Part shown: in pieces, positions 40,199-48,519 of the stretch | How positions within the stretch are numbered: position 1 is the first letter of the stretch | Layout of the letters: the number at the start of each line of letters is the position of its first letter | From: an uncultured Pseudomonadales bacterium | GTDB lineage: Bacteria > Patescibacteriota > Microgenomatia > UBA1400 > MFAQ01 | Direction of reading: 5' to 3' | DNA length: 48,519 bases | Assembly (NCBI GenBank): GCA_964638575.1 | Contig: CAZWYN010000001.1 | Location: forward strand, 1 to 48,519 | Notes under the pieces: model-generated | The model's input: the letters and a program-made list of their open reading frames with translations, nothing else | Database searches by the model: none | Told to the model about the DNA's origin: nothing | Program-made: the position numbers and the translations under genes

Positions 40199-41192
40199 AT
40201 TAATGTTTAAACGCCTTTTTACTGTCTTCACTTTCCTTTTTATTGCTTTTTTTGGTTGGTTTTTTCAAGCTACTAGACCAGTCACTTATAAACAGACATC
40301 TGCCACTCAGTTTGAAATTAAGTCCGGTTGGAGTATTGACCGCATTGGTCAAGAGTTAAGTACCGCCAAACTAATAAGATCTAGAGCTGCCTTCAAAATT
40401 ACCGTTATTGTTCGTGGTATTTCCAACCGAGTTCAGGCCGGTTTTTTCAGACTTTCACCCAACATGACCACTACCGAAATAGCCAATAGTCTGACTCACG
40501 CCAGCACCAAAACAATAAGAGTCACTATCCCCGAAGGTCTTCGTCGTCAAGAAATCGCCCTTATCTTCGAAAGTGCCTTTAAAAATGCCGAAGGTAAGAC
40601 CTTTACTACTACCGAGTTTATTTCCAAAACCGCCGACAAAGAGGGGAGACTTTTCCCGGATACTTACGACTTTGATCCCAAAGCCACTACTTCCGCTATC
40701 ATCAGCCGCCTAGAAAAAAGATATTTGGATATCTTAGTTGAGGCGAAAGTCTCGGAAGCAGACACAGACAAAGTAACCATAATAGCCTCTCTCCTGGAAA
40801 GGGAAGCGGCTTCGTCCGCCGAAATGCCCGAAATCGCTGGTGTCATTGAAAATAGAACCAATGCCGGCTGGCCGCTCCAAATTGATGCCACTGTTCAGTA
40901 CGCCTTGTCTACCATCCGCTGCCGAAAGCTTGACTGCGATTGGTGGCCAAAAAGTCTTATCAGAGCAGATCTTCAAATTAACTCACCCTACAATACCTAT
41001 CTCAATCAGGGCTTACCTCCCAAACCAATCAGTAATCCCGGGAAAGCCGCCCTCATGGCAGCTGCTTCTCCTAAGAAAACATCTGCCTGGTTTTATCTTC
41101 ACGATTTAAAGGGAAATATTCATTTTGCAAACACCATCGAAGAACACAATAAAAACGTTTGTATCTACCTTCAAAAAGACTGCGGCAACTGA
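40188..41192 (+). CDS. mltG: Endolytic murein transglycosylase MltG (YceG family)
   Basis: An N-terminal TM segment is followed by a LysM-like region (FEIKSGWSIDRIGQELSTAKLI), the catalytic ASLLEREAA, and YNTYLNQGLPPKPISNPGKAALMAAASP. The track start at 40188 is a GTG; an ATG at 40203 is equally plausible. Confidence 0.85.
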   Translation: MKYKLMFKRLFTVFTFLFIAFFGWFFQATRPVTYKQTSATQFEIKSGWSIDRIGQELSTAKLIRSRAAFKITVIVRGISNRVQAGFFRLSPNMTTTEIANSLTHASTKTIRVTIPEGLRRQEIALIFESAFKNAEGKTFTTTEFISKTADKEGRLFPDTYDFDPKATTSAIISRLEKRYLDILVEAKVSEADTDKVTIIASLLEREAASSAEMPEIAGVIENRTNAGWPLQIDATVQYALSTIRCRKLDCDWWPKSLIRADLQINSPYNTYLNQGLPPKPISNPGKAALMAAASPKKTSAWFYLHDLKGNIHFANTIEEHNKNVCIYLQKDCGN

Positions 41193-41204
41193 TTAATCTT
41201 TAGA

Positions 41205-41234
41205 TTGACAACGGCCTCAACACTATGATATCCT
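41205..41234 (+). promoter_or_regulatory. Candidate rpoBC promoter (-35 TTGACA, 18-nt spacer, extended -10 TGaTATCCT)
   Basis: TTGACA is at 41205-41210, TG at 41226-41227 and TATCCT at 41229-41234. A leader of about 90 nt precedes rpoB. Confidence 0.35.
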
Positions 41235-41325
41235 AATGGCACTGCTATAAACTTGGCTGGATTTTGTGTCGGTCAGGTTTTCGTATGTTTCATTGTTATT
41301 TACTTTTCCTTAAAATCCAAAACGG

Positions 41326-44300
41326 ATGAATAAACAAACCAATCGTGAAAACTGGGGAACAATAAACCCGGTATTACCAGAATTGAACTTGATTCAAATT
41401 CAAATCAACTCATACAAGCAATTTCTCCAAGACGGCATAAGCGAGTCTCTCACAGAGCTTAACCCCATCAAAGACTTCACCGGTAAGGTTTTTGAATTCG
41501 AATTTCTTTCAAATCGTATTGGTCTCCCCAAAATCACTCCCAAACAAGCAATTGAGAAAGGTGTCACCTTTGAGGCTCCTCTTTGGGCAACCGTTAAGTT
41601 AACCAATCTCCATTCCAAAGCCACCCAGCAACAGGAAATTTTCTTGGGTGACATTCCCATGATGACCTCCACGGGAACCTTTATCATTAATGGAGTCGAG
41701 CGTGTCGTTGTTGATCAGTTAGTTCGCTCTCCGGGTGCCTATTTCACTCGTGAAGTTGATCCTCACTCCGGACGTGCTATTCATCAGGCTGAAATCCGCC
41801 CTATGCGTGGTTCTTGGCTGGAAGTAATAGTCAGTCGCAACGATCACCTCTCTGTCAGAATCGACCGTCATCGCAAAGTATCTGCCACCACTCTCCTTCG
41901 TGCTCTAGGTTTTAGCACCAATGAAGAAATTCTCGCGCTTTTTAGTGAAGTCGACGTCGACAAAGATCACCCCTACATTGCCACCACTCTTCTTAAAGAT
42001 CCAACCACCAACACAGAAGAAGCTCTTCTGGAGTTCTACCAAAAGGTCCGTCCCGGTGAACCAGCCGTTCTCGAAAACGCCAAAGCCCTTCTTCACCAAA
42101 TGTTTTTTGACCCTCGACGTTATAACCTAGGGCTCGTTGGACGCTACAAGATGAGCCGAAAACTTGGTCTTTCCATTCCTGTAGACAAGCAACACGTTAC
42201 TCTCACTATCGACGACTTTGTCGGTTCTATTAAATACCTTATCGACCTTCAAAATGGCAAAGGTAAAGTTGACGACATTGATCATTTAGCCAATCGTCGT
42301 CTTCGTTGTGTAGGCGAACTTGTCAATCAGACCTCCTTCAAGGCTGGGCTCTTGAGGCTCGAGCGTTCCATCAAAGAGAAAATGTCTCTTGCTAAACCCG
42401 ACGAACTTCCCACCCCCGCGGCCTTTGTAAACCCCAGACCAATAATTTCCGCTATTACCGAGTTTTTCCGCCGCAACAGACTCTCTTCCATCCTGGATCA
42501 AGTCAATCCTCTCTCGGAAATTGACAACCTTCGTCGTATCTCCGTCATGGGACCTGGAGGTATAACCAGAGAACGTGCCAGTTTTTCCATGCGTGATATT
42601 CACTCCTCCCAGTACTCCCGTATCTGTCCAGTGAGATCTCCCGAGGGTCCAAACATTGGTTTGGTTACCTATCTGGCTCTTTACACTCGTATCAATGACT
42701 ACGGTTTCCTCGAATCACCATATCTAAAAGTTGAAAAAGTAACCAGAGGTGGCAAAACCAAGATGGTTATCGGTAAGGAAATTATTTTCCTCGCCGCCGA
42801 TGATGAAGAAGACGTTTATGTTACTCACGCCGGAATCGAACGCGATGGGGATGTCATTACCCAAAAATGGGTTCCTGCTCGATACCAAGGCAAATATCTC
42901 GAAGTCGATGCCGATTTAATCCAATACATTGACGTTGTTCCTCGTCAGGTTGTTGGCACCTCGGCTTCTCTCATCCCCTTTATTCAGCAAGATGAAGGTA
43001 CTCGTGCTCTCATGGGTACTCATCACCTTACTCAAGCTCTACCCCTAGTCAAACCGTCCGCCCCCATTGTTGGTACCGGTATGGAAAGCGTAGTTGCTCA
43101 AAGTATGGGCTGGTCCGTTACCTCTCAGTTTGCCGGCGAAGTTATCTCCGTTGACGCCGACCATATCTCTATCAAGCTTTCTCCGGCTGACGCCAAAATT
43201 GCTGCTTCCGAGATCTCGCCTTTTGACTACGGTTTTGTCGAGGTTAATCGTGACATCGTCACCTACAACATCAGAAAATACCACAACTCTTCCCAAGACA
43301 CCTCCTACAACCAGCATCCCTTGGTCGACATTGGAGACAAAATTAAAAAAGGTGACTGCATCATCAACGGACCTGCTGCCGAAAACGGCGAGTTGGCTCT
43401 CGGTCAAAATCTTTTAATTGCCTATGCCGCTTTCGAAGGTTTGGGTTACGAAGATGCCATCGTTGTTTCCGATCGTTGTGTTAGTCAAGACCTTCTTTCT
43501 TCTGTCCATATTCACGAACACACCTGTGATGTTATGGATACAAAGCTTGGACCTGAAGAGTTAACACGAGACATCCCTAACGTTGCCGAAACTGATCTGC
43601 GAAACCTCGACCACGAAGGTATTATTGCTGTCGGTTCCGTAGTTGGCCCCAACGACATTTTGATTGGAAAAATTGCTCCTAAGGGTGAAACCGAACTTAC
43701 CGCCGAAGAAAGGTTGCTTCGTGCCATCTTTGGTGAAAAGGCAAGAGAAGTTAGGGACACCTCTCTTCGTATGCCTCACGGCGAACAAGGTGTCATCATT
43801 TCTATCCGCATTTTAAATCGCGATGACGGTGACGAACTTGACGCTGGAGTCATCAAACAGATCAAAGTCAAAGTTGCTCAGCTCAGAAAAATTACCGTCG
43901 GTGATAAAGTCGCCGGACGTCATGGTAATAAGGGAGTCATTAGTAAAATCATTTCTCAGGCCGACATGCCCCATATGGCTGACGGCACCCCAGTTGATAT
44001 TATTATTTCTCCTCTCTCTGTTCTCGCCCGTATGAACTTAGGTCAGCTCCTGGAAGCCCAACTTGGATTTGCCGGAAGCAAACTCGGTAAACGCTACTCG
44101 GTTCCGGTTTTTGAAAATGTTTCCGAAGCCAAAATCGCCGCCGCTTTAAAAGAAGCCGATCTTCCCGTCACCGGTAAGATTCAGCTTTACGATGGCCGTA
44201 GTGGAGAGGCTTTCGAAGAGGAGACCGCAGTTGGTGTTACCTACATAATAAAGCTCAACCACATGGTCGAAGACAAGACTCATGCGCGTAGTATTGGACC

Positions 44301-44766
44301 TTACAGCTTAGTCACCCAGCAGCCATTAGGTGGTAAGGCTCAAATGGGTGGACAGCGTTTAGGAGAAATGGAAGTCTGGGCTCTCGAAGCACACAAAGCA
44401 GCCTATACCCTCCAGGAAATGCTCACCATTAAATCCGATGACGTTGTTGGTCGTTCCAAAGCCTTTGAATCAATTGTTAAAGGTGAAACGATCTCCATGT
44501 CCTCAGTTCCAGAGTCCTTCAAGGTTCTTATGAAAGAACTTAACTCTCTCGGACTGGCAATCGTTCCAACCGGATCGGTTGAAGTTGTCGATGAAGAACC
44601 TACCGCCATCAAACCGGAAGTAGCCGCTGAAATTACCGAAGCAACCGCGATGAGCGAAGAACTTCAAGCCGCTACTTTTGAAGATGAAGAGGAATCTGAA
44701 GAAACCGAAGAGGTGTCGGAAGAAGCCGCTGAAGCGGGTATTACCAAGGAAGAAGTAAATCAGTAA
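41326..44766 (+). CDS. rpoB: DNA-directed RNA polymerase subunit beta
   Basis: Typical beta motifs are present (GTFIINGVERVVVDQLVRSPG, GDKVAGRHGNKGVISKI, SVLARMNLGQLLE, GGQRLGEMEVWALEA). The C-terminal tail is acidic. Confidence 0.99.
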   Translation: MNKQTNRENWGTINPVLPELNLIQIQINSYKQFLQDGISESLTELNPIKDFTGKVFEFEFLSNRIGLPKITPKQAIEKGVTFEAPLWATVKLTNLHSKATQQQEIFLGDIPMMTSTGTFIINGVERVVVDQLVRSPGAYFTREVDPHSGRAIHQAEIRPMRGSWLEVIVSRNDHLSVRIDRHRKVSATTLLRALGFSTNEEILALFSEVDVDKDHPYIATTLLKDPTTNTEEALLEFYQKVRPGEPAVLENAKALLHQMFFDPRRYNLGLVGRYKMSRKLGLSIPVDKQHVTLTIDDFVGSIKYLIDLQNGKGKVDDIDHLANRRLRCVGELVNQTSFKAGLLRLERSIKEKMSLAKPDELPTPAAFVNPRPIISAITEFFRRNRLSSILDQVNPLSEIDNLRRISVMGPGGITRERASFSMRDIHSSQYSRICPVRSPEGPNIGLVTYLALYTRINDYGFLESPYLKVEKVTRGGKTKMVIGKEIIFLAADDEEDVYVTHAGIERDGDVITQKWVPARYQGKYLEVDADLIQYIDVVPRQVVGTSASLIPFIQQDEGTRALMGTHHLTQALPLVKPSAPIVGTGMESVVAQSMGWSVTSQFAGEVISVDADHISIKLSPADAKIAASEISPFDYGFVEVNRDIVTYNIRKYHNSSQDTSYNQHPLVDIGDKIKKGDCIINGPAAENGELALGQNLLIAYAAFEGLGYEDAIVVSDRCVSQDLLSSVHIHEHTCDVMDTKLGPEELTRDIPNVAETDLRNLDHEGIIAVGSVVGPNDILIGKIAPKGETELTAEERLLRAIFGEKAREVRDTSLRMPHGEQGVIISIRILNRDDGDELDAGVIKQIKVKVAQLRKITVGDKVAGRHGNKGVISKIISQADMPHMADGTPVDIIISPLSVLARMNLGQLLEAQLGFAGSKLGKRYSVPVFENVSEAKIAAALKEADLPVTGKIQLYDGRSGEAFEEETAVGVTYIIKLNHMVEDKTHARSIGPYSLVTQQPLGGKAQMGGQRLGEMEVWALEAHKAAYTLQEMLTIKSDDVVGRSKAFESIVKGETISMSSVPESFKVLMKELNSLGLAIVPTGSVEVVDEEPTAIKPEVAAEITEATAMSEELQAATFEDEEESEETEEVSEEAAEAGITKEEVNQ

Positions 44767-44771
44767 AAAAT

Positions 44772-47700
44772 ATGAATAACATTGTCGATTTCTCAGGTTT
44801 ACAAATAAGGCTTGCCAGTCCAGATGACATCAAAAAATGGTCTCATGGTTTAGTCACTAAACCGGAAACCATTAATTATCGTACCCAAAAACCAGAAAAA
44901 GATGGTCTTTTCTGTGAAAGAATCTTTGGCCCGGTAAAAGACTGGGAGTGTTACTGTGGTAAATACAAACGCGTTCGTTTCAAAGGCATTGTCTGTGACA
45001 AATGTGGCGTCGAAGTTACTCTTAGTCGTGTACGCCGTGAACGTATGGGTCATATTAACCTCGCCGCTCCGGTTGCTCACGTATGGTTCTTCAAAGGAGC
45101 TCCCTCAAAACTATCATTACTTTTGGATATTTCTCCCAAAGCTCTCACTTCTGTAATTTACTTTAGTAAATTCCTCATCATGTCCATTGATGAAGAAAAA
45201 AGAGAAACCGCTCTAAAGGACATCGCAACACAAAAGGAAACCAAGCTCGAAGAAGTCCATTCCAATTTTGACAAACAGATCGAAGATGTCAAAAAAGAAG
45301 GTCAAAAAGAACTTGCCGAAGTTAAGAAAAAATCCAAGGCCAAAGACGAACGAGAGTTAAAATCGGAAGACCTAAAAGTTGAAGCCAAACAAAAAATAGC
45401 CAGTCTCAGAGAGCAAATGATTGTTGAGTTGGCTTTTACTGAAGAAATTTATAGCAAACTTGCCGTTATTATCGAAAGAATTCAGGTCAACTCACTTCTC
45501 TCCGACTCTGAATACGCCAAACTTGCTGAATACAATTTGGTAGATTGGATGACCGCTGGTATGGGCTCCGAAGCAATTTTGGAGGCTCTCAAAAAAGTTA
45601 ATCTTGAGGAAATGGCCATTAAGCTCAAAGAAGAGTCCTTATCAAACTCCGAAGCCAAACGTCTCCGTGCCACCAAACGTCTTCAAGTTGTCAGAGGATT
45701 ACTAGACTCTAAGGTCAAACCAGAATGGATGGTTCTTGAAGTTCTTCCTGTTATTCCCCCAGATCTTCGTCCTATGGTTCAGCTCTCGGGCGGCCGTTTC
45801 GCCGCCTCAGATTTAAACGATCTTTACCGTCGCGTAATCAACCGTAACAATCGTTTGAAACACCTTATTGACCTAGGAGCACCTGAAATCATCTTAAGAA
45901 ACGAAAAACGCATGCTTCAGGAAGCCGTAGACTCCCTTATCGACTCCTCCCAAGCTCGTTCCACTAGAAGATCAAGAACCGGCAAAACCCTTAAATCCCT
46001 TTCCGATATGCTTCGTGGAAAACAAGGTCGCTTCCGTCAGAATCTTCTCGGAAAACGTGTCGACTACTCGGGACGCAGTGTTATTATCGTTGGACCGGAA
46101 CTCAAACTTAACCAGTGTGGTCTTCCCAAGGACATGGCTCTTGAAATGTTCAAACCCTTTGTACTTCACGAGATCATCAAGCAGGACTTGGCTCCAAACG
46201 TTAAAGCCGCCAAAGCTTTGATCGAAAAACGCCAACCAGAAGTCTTCGATATCTTGGAGAGAATTACCAAAAAGCACCCTATACTTCTTAACCGTGCTCC
46301 TACACTCCATAAGCTTTCTATTCTCGCTTTCTTACCGGTACTGGTCGATGGTTCCGCTATCCGTTTACACCCGGTTGTTTGTGAAGGTTTTAACGCAGAC
46401 TTCGATGGTGACCAGATGGCTGTTCACGTACCTCTGACTAAAAAAGCTATTCGTGAAGCCAAGAAGTTCATGTTGCCTCAGTTCAATCTTCTCAAACCTT
46501 CCTCTGGACAAAGTGTCAACATTCCATCTCGTAAAGAAATGGCCGTTGGTGTTTACTACCTTACCTCAGTTGACGAAACTCTTACTCCCTACAAGTATCC
46601 TTTTGGTAGTAAAGCCGAAGCGATCACTGCCTACCAGAACAAAGTTATTGAAGTTCGTCAGCCAATCGATGTCAGACTTGATCCTGAAAAAATGGAAATG
46701 ACAAACACTACCGTTGGCCGTATCATCTTCAACGAGATTCTTCCCGAGGAATGGGAATTCCAAAACAAGAGTCTTACTGGAAAAGAAATTTCAGCTTTCT
46801 TTACTCGCGCAATAAAGACCGTAGATACCAAGCGTGTTGTCAGGTTAATCGACGCTGTCAAGAGTATTGGTTTTGAGTACGCCACTATCAGTAGCTTCTC
46901 TTTTGCAATCTCCGATAACGAAGTTTTCCCCCAAAAAGCCGAGCTTATTGCTGTCGGAAACAAAAAAGCCGAAGAAATTGAAGAAAACTACAAACTGGGC
47001 CTCATCACCAACAGTGAAAGAAGCAAGCTCACTATTAATATGTGGCGTGAAACCGCCGCCGACCTTGCCGAAAAAACCTGGCAGACTTTCTCAAAAACTA
47101 ATCCAATTCGTCTCGTTATTGACTCAGCCTCAGGTCGTGTTACCAAAAACTCCATCGAACAGCTCTCTGCTATGCGTGGACTTATCGCCGATCCTCTAGG
47201 TAACCTTATCGAACTTCCTATCAAAGGAAACTTCCGTGAAGGTCTAAGTATCTTCGAGTACGTTACCTCCATTAGAGGAAGTAGAAAAGGTCTTACGGAC
47301 ACTGCTCTTCGTACCGCTGATGCAGGTTATCTAACCCGCCGTTTGGTTGATGTCAGTCATGATGCAATTATCCGCGCCGAAGAATGTGGTACTGACGAGT
47401 TCATTACAATCTCCGCCGAGGAAAGGGGCAAAATCTTTGGCAAGCGCATTGTTTATCGTTACGCTGTCAAAAAAGTAATCTCTCCTGTCACTAAAAAAGT
47501 TTTAGTTGATGCCGGTGAGTTAATCACCGAAGAAATTGCCACCGCTATCGAAGCCGCTGGAGTCAAAGAAGTCGATGTTAGATCTCCCATCACCTGTAAA
47601 CTTCGTTTTGGTCTCTGTGCCAAGTGTTATGGTCACAACACTGCCACCAATACCCTCGCTATCATTGGTGATCCTGTTGGTGTTATCGCCGCTCAGTCCA

Positions 47701-48476
47701 TCGGTGAGCCAGGTACTCAGTTAACTATGCGTACCAAACACTCCGGAGGTGCTGCTGGTGTCGACGTTACCCAGGGCCTTCCTCGAGTTACCGAACTTTT
47801 GGAAGTTCGTACTCCTAAACTTGTTGCACCTATTTCCGAAGTATCCGGGAAAGTCAAAGTAGTTGAAACTGAAAACGGTAATCTTGTAACCGTCACTCCT
47901 GGTGGTAAAAAAGATGATCGTAAAGAGTATCTCGTTCCTCTGGCTATGTCTCTCAAAGTGGCCGACGGCGACTTGATCTCTGTTGGTACTCAGCTGGCCT
48001 CTGGTGGTGTAGACATTAAGCAGCTCTTAAAGATCAAAGGTCTCAGAGCTACCCAAAACTACCTCATTGGCGAAATTCAGTCCATTTACGAGTCACAGGG
48101 TATCAGTATTCACGACAAACACTTTGAAGTTATTCTTCGCAAGATGTGTGACTACGTTCGCATTGATGCCGTTGGTGATACTGCACTGGTTGCTGGAGAC
48201 GTTATCAGTCGTGGATCCTACGAAATGGCCAATGAAGCAATCATAGCCCAGGGTGGAGAACCGGCTACCGCTACGAACTTAATTCTGGGTGCCATTAGAG
48301 CTGCTCTTCACACCGATTCTTGGCTCTCTGCCGCCTCTTTCCAAGACACAACTTCCGTATTAACCGACGCAGCAGTTCAAGGCAAGATTGATCACCTTAT
48401 TGGTATGAAAGAAAACGTTATCATTGGTCGCTTGGTCCCAACAAGCAAGTTGAGAGCAAAAATTGAGAATATCTGA
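44772..48476 (+). CDS. rpoC: DNA-directed RNA polymerase subunit beta-prime
   Basis: The zinc-binding region is CYCGKYKRVRFKGIVCDKCGVEV and the catalytic motif NADFDGDQMAVHVP. The trigger loop and bridge regions are conserved. It ends with TGA followed by TAA. Confidence 0.99.
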   Translation: MNNIVDFSGLQIRLASPDDIKKWSHGLVTKPETINYRTQKPEKDGLFCERIFGPVKDWECYCGKYKRVRFKGIVCDKCGVEVTLSRVRRERMGHINLAAPVAHVWFFKGAPSKLSLLLDISPKALTSVIYFSKFLIMSIDEEKRETALKDIATQKETKLEEVHSNFDKQIEDVKKEGQKELAEVKKKSKAKDERELKSEDLKVEAKQKIASLREQMIVELAFTEEIYSKLAVIIERIQVNSLLSDSEYAKLAEYNLVDWMTAGMGSEAILEALKKVNLEEMAIKLKEESLSNSEAKRLRATKRLQVVRGLLDSKVKPEWMVLEVLPVIPPDLRPMVQLSGGRFAASDLNDLYRRVINRNNRLKHLIDLGAPEIILRNEKRMLQEAVDSLIDSSQARSTRRSRTGKTLKSLSDMLRGKQGRFRQNLLGKRVDYSGRSVIIVGPELKLNQCGLPKDMALEMFKPFVLHEIIKQDLAPNVKAAKALIEKRQPEVFDILERITKKHPILLNRAPTLHKLSILAFLPVLVDGSAIRLHPVVCEGFNADFDGDQMAVHVPLTKKAIREAKKFMLPQFNLLKPSSGQSVNIPSRKEMAVGVYYLTSVDETLTPYKYPFGSKAEAITAYQNKVIEVRQPIDVRLDPEKMEMTNTTVGRIIFNEILPEEWEFQNKSLTGKEISAFFTRAIKTVDTKRVVRLIDAVKSIGFEYATISSFSFAISDNEVFPQKAELIAVGNKKAEEIEENYKLGLITNSERSKLTINMWRETAADLAEKTWQTFSKTNPIRLVIDSASGRVTKNSIEQLSAMRGLIADPLGNLIELPIKGNFREGLSIFEYVTSIRGSRKGLTDTALRTADAGYLTRRLVDVSHDAIIRAEECGTDEFITISAEERGKIFGKRIVYRYAVKKVISPVTKKVLVDAGELITEEIATAIEAAGVKEVDVRSPITCKLRFGLCAKCYGHNTATNTLAIIGDPVGVIAAQSIGEPGTQLTMRTKHSGGAAGVDVTQGLPRVTELLEVRTPKLVAPISEVSGKVKVVETENGNLVTVTPGGKKDDRKEYLVPLAMSLKVADGDLISVGTQLASGGVDIKQLLKIKGLRATQNYLIGEIQSIYESQGISIHDKHFEVILRKMCDYVRIDAVGDTALVAGDVISRGSYEMANEAIIAQGGEPATATNLILGAIRAALHTDSWLSAASFQDTTSVLTDAAVQGKIDHLIGMKENVIIGRLVPTSKLRAKIENI

Positions 48477-48495
48477 TAAAATACACATCTGAAAT

Positions 48496-48519
48496 ATGCC
48501 TACAACTAACCAATTAATC
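48496..48519 (+). CDS. rpsL: 30S ribosomal protein S12, first 8 codons (continues beyond the window)
   Basis: ATG at 48496 gives MPTTNQLI, the canonical S12 N-terminus, and rpsL downstream of rpoC is a conserved arrangement. Confidence 0.8.

Noticed and set aside
1-48519. Possibility of an alternative genetic code (UGA recoding, as in some candidate phyla).
   Set aside because: TGA ends well-conserved proteins at their expected C-termini (rpoC 48474-48476, alaS 36639-36641, the pilO-like gene). No conserved gene shows in-frame TGA, so the standard code 11 fits.

Overview
This window is almost fully coding, with about 45 genes. Most intergenic gaps are under 100 nt, and several starts and stops overlap or abut. 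It comes from a compact, moderately AT-rich bacterial genome using the standard code, since TGA, TAA and TAG all end long conserved ORFs.

Most genes are core functions: rpsT, murJ, lepA, hrcA-grpE-dnaK-dnaJ, nusA-infB, rpsO-pnp, rnj, ftsK, alaS, ruvX, mltG, rpoB-rpoC and the first 8 codons of rpsL. Several are much shorter than textbook versions:
- HrcA is 241 aa.
- GrpE is 149 aa.
- DnaJ lacks the zinc finger.
- IF2 is 466 aa.
- AlaRS is 612 aa.
- There is a Lon-type AAA+ module with no protease domain.

These reductions, the scarcity of Shine-Dalgarno sequences and the Thr/Pro-rich surface proteins suggest a reduced-genome lineage such as Patescibacteria/CPR. That placement is inference only.

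Two accessory regions stand out.
1. A long minus-strand operon (about 10310 to 611) joins PilN/PilO-like pilus alignment proteins to three large secreted or anchored proteins. Two of these carry sortase-type C-terminal sorting signals (LEETG and LPEAG). A flavoenzyme and a DUF2298-like polytopic membrane protein follow.
2. A gene pair is inserted into the conserved alaS-ruvX-mltG block (36638-39569). It encodes a bitopic protein with a degenerate PilM/FtsA-like cytoplasmic domain and a baseplate-J-like ectodomain, translationally coupled to a sortase. This is my best candidate for an undescribed envelope system.

I found no rRNA, tRNA, CRISPR array, transposase, integrase or prophage block by eye. 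All family assignments rest on motif recognition from the translations; no searches were run.
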